Shown here piece after piece: positions 58,595-64,000 of a stretch of DNA of 64,000 nt (positions are counted from its first letter, which is position 1; every line of letters starts with the position of its first letter). Under the pieces are notes generated by a model. It ran no database searches, was not told the DNA's origin, and saw only the letters and a list, made by a program, of their open reading frames with translations. This stretch comes from Nemertoderma westbladi (taxonomy: Eukaryota > Animalia > Xenacoelomorpha). The DNA lies in assembly GCA_032718475.1 (NCBI GenBank), contig JAUCBJ010004138.1:5263-69262 (forward strand). Reading direction: 5' to 3'. A program made the translations under genes and the position numbers.

Positions 58595-58765
58595 GCTGGA
58601 GCATGACTTCTGCTACTTGGGATCATGGATCATGAAGTCAGGTGAAGACCTTCGGATACGTAAGGGAAAGGCATGGGCCGCATTGAATGGGCTGTCCAGG
58701 ATTTGGATGACACATAGGATACGTCGGAAACTTAAGGTTCGACTATTTAGAGCAGTAGTTGTAGT
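58595..58765 (+). mobile_element. Internal fragment of an RTE-clade LINE (RT domain 7/thumb)
   Basis: Translates DFCYLGSWIMKSGEDLRIRKGKAWAALNGLSRIWMTHRIRRKLKVRLFRAVV, the RTE pattern FxYLGS...RIxKAxxAFxxLxxIW...KxRLF. Confidence 0.85.
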
Positions 58766-59336
58766 TCCTATATGGGAGGGAGTCCATGTTGGGTTTAACT
58801 TCTAACCGGATCCCAACTTTCTTTAACGGGATCGTATTTTTGGAAATAGTGAAGAAAATTTGTTGAATATCTAAAGAATAGTTGTGCCAGAACGGAAGGA
58901 TATTGATTATAACAAATTAATTTGCCAGTAAACCATACAGTAATCAATTATAAATTAATTTTAACGTAATTTTATCATACTAATATTTCACCAGTGTGAA
59001 AAAAAAAGTTATATAAAGTTTCCAAAAACCTTTATGATACTCACACTGCCACATATACTGAACCTTGTAGGGATAATCTTCAGGGCTTTTAGGCGTCCCT
59101 TGGCACAACTTTTTCGGCCAATATGTAGTAGATTTGTAGAAGATTTTTGCTGTTCTATTTCACTTTGCAGTTTAACCCCCATAACACCAGGTTTTTACTA
59201 AAAACCGAGGTTGAATAACCAAAATAATAAATGAATAAGTATCTATACAGGTTATAAGATAGAGAAATAAGCGATATAAAACACTTAAGGAGAAATTAAA
59301 AAAAAAATACAAGATGAGTTACTTATATCAGTTGGT

Positions 59337-59680
59337 TGTGGGGCGAGCGACAAAGTAAGCGGGCTTAGCATATACATGTTGGTTGGTTAGTCCGTCCATA
59401 TGTCGCCAAATGCTCGTAGGCTAATATTCATATTTGATGCAATTAAACGAAACTTGGTACACCTGTAGAATCCCGAATATCTGACACAGAATTCTCCAGC
59501 GTTGTAGGCCATCTTAAGATCGTCCTTAGCATTCTCAACATTGTTGATGTTTTCGGTTGTTGGTTGTTTGGATTTTACTTTGTAGGCTAACTTAAGATCT
59601 TCTCAGTCTTACAAGTAACCTCAGAGTCTTGATGTTTTCGATTGTTCCGTTTTTACTTTGTAGGCCATCATCTTTCGTAA
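59337..59680 (+). mobile_element. Helentron/DINE-like non-autonomous element remnant
   Basis: Begins TGTGGGGCGAG (shared with 60870-60880, inverted), then GTTG/GTCC microsatellite-like units, AAACTTGGTA and degenerate internal repeats (TTGTAGGC, TTGATGTTTTCG). The right boundary is approximate. Confidence 0.45.
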
Positions 59681-59847
59681 TGGGGGTGAGAATATCGAAA
59701 GACATCTGCTTATTACTCACACTCATATCATACTATGATTCACTCGGTTGTCAATATTACATCTACTGTTATTACCCATCCTAATTCTGTTCATTATTGG
59801 ATTGGTATTATTCACTAAAATCTACATTCGTAGTAAAACATATGTAA

Positions 59848-60245
59848 ACACGTTCGTGGGGACTTCGCGCAGCACGAGAGTGCATGCATACGTACAAATT
59901 TTGGTTTAATTTAATCTGCAATTGCCCGACTTATTTCGGTTTTTATAAAAAGTCTGAACTGCAATTGCCCGACTTATTTCGGTTTTTATAAAAAGTCTGA
60001 AACCACCGGTACCGACTGACCTATTTTTAGTAACTTCAGATACTTTCCAAACTTTTAATGGACTGCATACGTACAAGTTTGGTTTAATTCATCATTTGAT
60101 TGAACGACTTATTTCAGTTTTTATCAAAAGTCTGAAACTACCGGTACCGAGTGTCCGACAGTCTTATTTTGATAAAAACTCAGATTATTTCTAAATTTCT
60201 AATAGACTGCATGCATAATGTAATAAAAGTTGGTTTAATTCTAGT
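59848..60245 (+). mobile_element. Element with the 31-bp conserved terminus followed by ~145-bp degenerate tandem repeats
   Basis: The terminus is identical (inverted) to 851-881. TGCATA...TTGGTTTAATT recurs at ~59885, ~60064 and ~60213. An exact 43-bp internal duplication starts at 59916 and 59959. Confidence 0.55.
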
Positions 60246-60298
60246 AATTATTGTTGGCTTTAAAAAAATTTAATATAAAAAACGTGCAAAATAAGTTT

Positions 60299-60379
60299 CG
60301 CCAGAGATATGATTCGAACCAGCGCGAGAAGATCCATTGGATGGATAGTCCAACGCCTTATCCACTCAGCCAACACCGC
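60299..60379 (-). pseudogene. Degenerate tRNA-Ser (pseudogene or tRNA-derived SINE head)
   Basis: The minus strand GCGGTGTTGGCTGAGTGGATAAGGCGTTGGACTATCCATCCAATGGATCTTCTCGCGCTGGTTCGAATCATATCTCTGGCG has an A box, a TTGGA/TCCAA anticodon stem, a long variable arm, a GGTTCGAATC B box and a downstream T6 run. The acceptor and T stems are mispaired and the anticodon loop is altered. Confidence 0.8.
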
Positions 60380-60479
60380 TCGAGGTAACGAGCTGGCCAA
60401 TGAAGGTATTAAAGTTTTATACTGCAATTTCATAATCACTACTGATAAGTACAACAGTAGGCCTAGCGTACCGGTAGGC

Positions 60480-60880
60480 CTATGTCATTACTTCGGAGTC
60501 TCTAGCGGATCCCTAATTAAATGTCTTAACTTTTCAATTTCGTAAAAGATAGACTTCATAATTCTCTATAAGCAACCAAAATTTCAGCTCAGGAAAATGA
60601 GGCGTTCCCGAGAAATTTAACATTTTCTAAAAACCACATAATCTGTCGTAGCTGACGTCAGACTGCATGATTTTTCACCAAACTTTACAAACTTTCTAAA
60701 CTTTCTCTCTACTACTTACCTACTAAGTTTGGTTCAATTCCGAACGAGCGATGCCGAGAAATTCGCGTTCAAACATTTACCAGACAGACGGACGGACGGA
60801 CAGACAGACAGACGGACATGCCCCATTTGCCCTATATGAACCGTATGCCAAGGCTCGCCGACTACGTGTCTCGCCCCACA
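60480..60880 (-). mobile_element. Helentron/DINE-1-like element with (GTCY)n microsatellite
   Basis: The minus strand starts TGTGGGGCGAG, followed by a (GTCT/GTCC)n tract at 60781-60817, a known hallmark of DINE-1/HINE elements. Two similar ...CCGAGAAATT blocks lie at ~60608 and ~60754. The left boundary is approximate. Confidence 0.6.
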
Positions 60881-61032
60881 TTCGCCTTCAATTTGACACA
60901 ATGATGTAAATAATAAAACGTTACAATGTTAAGTAATAAATTGCAGTTACAACAAACAAATGTACCTTAAGGGAACTTAAAAACGGCATCGATTTCACAA
61001 GGAATAATTACTTAATACTTATGTTAACTTAC

Positions 61033-61225
61033 TTTGATTTATATTCTGTTTCATTCTCAACTTCAAGTCAGGAGTGCCTGCTGTACTTCCCGATCGTAAA
61101 TTAGACATTACTAGACAATAGTAATTCGTATCAAAGTAGGTATCACCTATATCCCTGATGTACAAAGTACCCTCGTCGTCGACAGAGGTCTTATCATCAT
61201 TGGTTAGGACTGAAATTTCGCCTCG
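61033..61225 (-). CDS. Internal coding exon (193 bp, phase 0 to 1): C-terminal part of an Ig domain of an L1CAM/neuroglian/contactin-like adhesion protein
   Basis: It has the acceptor TTTATTTCCAG and donor GTAAGT. It encodes RGEISVLTNDDKTSVDDEGTLYIRDIGDTYFDTNYYCLVMSNLRSGSTAGTPDLKLRMKQNINQ (GxLxI and YxC Ig motifs) and is in frame with the upstream exon. It is absent from the ORF track. Confidence 0.85.
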
Positions 61226-61344
61226 CTGGAAATAAATAAATATATTCGGTAGAAGCTGACGGCTCCGATAAATGTGATGACGATTTGGTTCGTTTTCAGT
61301 AAATTTTAGGAAAAAATGTTACCAAAGATAGACGTGGAACGTAG

Positions 61345-61872
61345 CTCTATGCATTCAACCCTAGAATCCGCCTCTATGCATTCAATCCTGGAATCCCCCT
61401 CTATGCATTCAACCCTAGAATTCCCCTCTATGCATTGAACCCTAGAATCCCCCTCTATGCATTCAACCCTAGAATCCCACTCTATGCATTGAACCCTAGA
61501 ATCCCCATCTATGCATTTAACCCTAGAATCCCCCTCTATGCATTCAACCCTAGAATCCCCCTCTATACATTCAACCCTAGAATCCCCCGCTATGCATTCT
61601 ACCCTAGAATCCCCCTCTATGCATTCAACCCTAGAATCCCCCTCTATGCATTCAACCCTAGAATCCCCCTCTATACATTCAACCCTAGAATCCCCCGCTA
61701 TGCATTCTACCCTAGAATCCCCCTCTATGCATTCAACCCTAGAATCCCCCTCTATGCATTCAATCCTAGAATCCCCCTCTATGCATTCAACCCTAGAATC
61801 CCCCTCTATGCATTCAACCCTAGAATCCCCCTCTATGCATTCAACCCTAGAATCCCCCTCTATGCATTCAAC
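61345..61872. repeat. 27-bp intronic minisatellite, ~19.5 copies
   Basis: Unit CTCTATGCATTCAACCCTAGAATCCCC lies between the two Ig exons. Confidence 0.97.
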
Positions 61873-62240
61873 TCCACATCCCTAATCAGTCATTGATTTT
61901 ATATGTATTGCATATTTGTTTTGCTGTATTCCCCCACTCCTTAACAAACGAATTATGTACTATATTGTCTTCTTTTACTTAATTTTAACTGCAAAATGTG
62001 CCTCAAATTACTGTTTCGTTTAAATGTTGATTCGAATACCCAGATCGGGATTTATCTTCTATATAAGGCCAGAACGTTAGACTCACTCACTATAAACAAA
62101 GTAGCGAAACGGATGGGATACTTCCAAGGAACCGTTTGGTTTACTTTCCTCTATGATTATATAGACCGGTATTATGTAGATATTTATTACTGTTACATTT
62201 AACAACCTCGTACTGGTCGATTGTTTAATAGTGTACTTAC

Positions 62241-62526
62241 TGACTGCCACGTAAAGTATAACATATTATCCTTATCTTCTATAGGACATTTCATGGCCAC
62301 TGTTGATTCAAGATATGCATCCGTGACTGTAGCTTTTTCCTCCAGCTTTTCTAACTTAAATATATTGTAGGATATAATGTTAGACAACGAAGTCCCATAT
62401 GAATTCTCTGCTTTGCATTGATAGGTGGACTTTCCCTCTTTATTCTTGTCATCTTTCAATTTATACTCATCGACGGTAGTAATATCTGTAGCGGGCAAAG
62501 CAGCTGTATCCCTAAGTAAGGTCACC
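62241..62526 (-). CDS. Internal coding exon (286 bp, phase 2 to 0): end of one Ig domain and start of the next
   Basis: It has the acceptor TTTTTTTCAG and donor GTAAGT. It encodes VTLLRD...TYQCKAENSYGTSLS...VAMKCPIEDKDNMLYFTWQS, containing YxCxAxNxxG and then the C...W of the next Ig domain. Confidence 0.88.
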
Positions 62527-62667
62527 CTGAAAAAAACAATACACCTTCAACAAGTACTGAATATAAAGTACCAAAATGCCATGTAGGGATTTCCTTGAAT
62601 AATGCCAACTTCAACTGAGTTAACATAGAGAGAAATAATCAAGACATATACTTAGTTTCTGGTGTTA

Positions 62668-63440
62668 GTCTACAGTCTAAATAACAGGTCTACTGTCTAA
62701 ATAACAAGTCCAGTATCTGTGATTTAGACAGTATACCTGTTATTTAGACAGTAGACCTGTTATTTAGACATTAGACCTGTTATTTAGACATTAGACTTGT
62801 CATTTAGGTAGACAGTACAGGAGAACTATTATTTAGACTGTAGACCTGTTATTTACACAGTAGACCTGTGATTTAGACATCAGACTTGTTATTTAGACAG
62901 TAGACCTGTTATTTAGACATTAGACCTGTTATTTAGACATTAGACTTGTCACTTAGATACAGTACAGCAGAACTATTATTTAGACTGTAGACCTGTTATT
63001 TACACAGTAGACCTGTGATTTAGACAGCGGACTTGTTATTTAGACAGTAGACAAGTAGACTTGTTATTTAGACAGTTAGACATGTTACTTAGACAGTATA
63101 CCTGTTATTTAGACAGTAGACCTGTTATTTAGACAGTAGACCTATTATTTAGACAGTAGAACTGTTATTTAGACATTAGACCTGTTATTTAGACATTAGA
63201 CCTGTCACTTAGATACAGTACAGCAGACCTATTATTTAGACTAGTAGACCTGTTATTTACACAGTAGACCTGTTACTTAGACATTAGACCTGTTATTTAG
63301 ACATTAGACCTGTTATTTAGACATTAGAGTTGTCACTTAGATAGACAGTACAGCAGAACTATTATTTAGACTGTAGACCTGTTATTTACACAGTAGACCT
63401 GTTATTTAGACAGTTAGACATGTTATTTAGACTGTAGACC
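62668..63440. mobile_element. MITE-like element with an internally expanded 20-bp repeat
   Basis: Two inverted units at 62668-62710 are followed by ~35 direct units of TGTTATTTAGACAGTAGACC (62718-63440). The terminal 19 bp are exact inverted repeats, and TTA lies at both flanks with a one-base offset on the right. Confidence 0.7.
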
Positions 63441-64000
63441 TTAACTTCGCACATTCTTATTTTTCATTTTGTAAGGTAAACGGACCGCTTGTATCCAGAC
63501 AAGTTGTCTCCAATTTTCTATTCGTAGCTCTGAAAGTGATCTTTTATATCCCGATTTTAATTTACATTTTATATCCAAGTTTTATTTATGGATTTTATTT
63601 ATGCAATTATATGGTTGTTTGCTAATCTTTAAACAATTAATTATATGACCTATAAATTCCATCCCCCGAATGATATACTGTTTTTATTAACTATAGAATT
63701 ATAATATATAGTTGTTTTAATTATCGGCAATACTATGTAATAGTTTTCTTCAAATTATAGCAGGTGGGGATGAATATTATTGATGCAATCAAAATTATAC
63801 CCCTCCAGAGTAAAATCGACATGCGTCGACCAGTATTCTGTGTTCAGCATTACATATTGATAAATTAATTAAATTTCCTGGTTACTTGCAATATTTTTAA
63901 TAGGATTACATTTTACAGATAGGGTTACATTTTTAATAGGGTTACATAGGGTTACATTTTTAATAGGATTTTGTTGAAATAATCTTTGAAATAATCTTTC

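Noticed and set aside
59045-59149. Candidate next minus-strand exon (KIFYKSTTYWPKKLCQGTPKSPEDYPYKVQYMWQ, GTGAGT donor, phase-1 entry)
   Set aside because: The acceptor lacks a pyrimidine tract (GTGAAATAGAACAG), the spacing fits an Ig strand pattern poorly, and the sequence resembles nearby transposon motifs. It is not fully excluded and RNA-seq would decide.
851-59878. Single 59-kb transposon bounded by the 31-bp inverted repeats
   Set aside because: There is no target-site duplication outside the motifs (TAGGC versus AGTGC), and the associated element bodies appear to extend outward rather than inward.
61345-61872. Telomeric repeat (AACCCTA within the unit)
   Set aside because: There is only one telomere-like heptamer per 27-bp unit and no tandem TTAGGG run.
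61435-61896. ORFs (NPRIPLYAF)n and (HSTLESPSM)n
   Set aside because: They are translations of the 27-bp minisatellite, antisense within an intron.
63900-64000. Short repeats ATAGGGTTACAT and TTGAAATAATCTT at the window end
   Set aside because: They have two to four degenerate copies and are cut by the window edge, so nothing can be interpreted.

Overview
Eukaryotic, AT-rich, most likely invertebrate-animal genomic DNA. I see no prokaryotic genes, CRISPR array or operon. About 77% of the window (7987-57214) is one tandem array of a 39-bp satellite, roughly 1,260 copies, with nested higher-order duplications. All LAVIIVNLRFYDN-type ORFs in the track are read-throughs of this repeat. The flanks are a mosaic of transposon remnants: non-LTR retrotransposon fragments (one RTE 3' end with an intact 12-bp target-site duplication), a 1.1-kb fold-back element with AT flanks, Helentron/DINE-like elements, and minisatellites with periods of 100, 61, 32, 27 and 20 bp. 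There is also a degenerate tRNA-Ser. The only convincing host coding sequence is two minus-strand exons (62526-62241 and 61225-61033) that splice in frame and encode parts of two Ig domains of an L1/neuroglian/contactin-like adhesion protein. The most interesting inference has two parts. The satellite monomer appears built from the AAC-N5-GTT motif that also litters its non-tandem flanks, and the right flank ends in a CACTG-type transposon terminus, so the array may have grown out of a transposon's subterminal repeats. It may also lie inside an intron of the Ig gene. I found no evidence for a novel protein-coding system.
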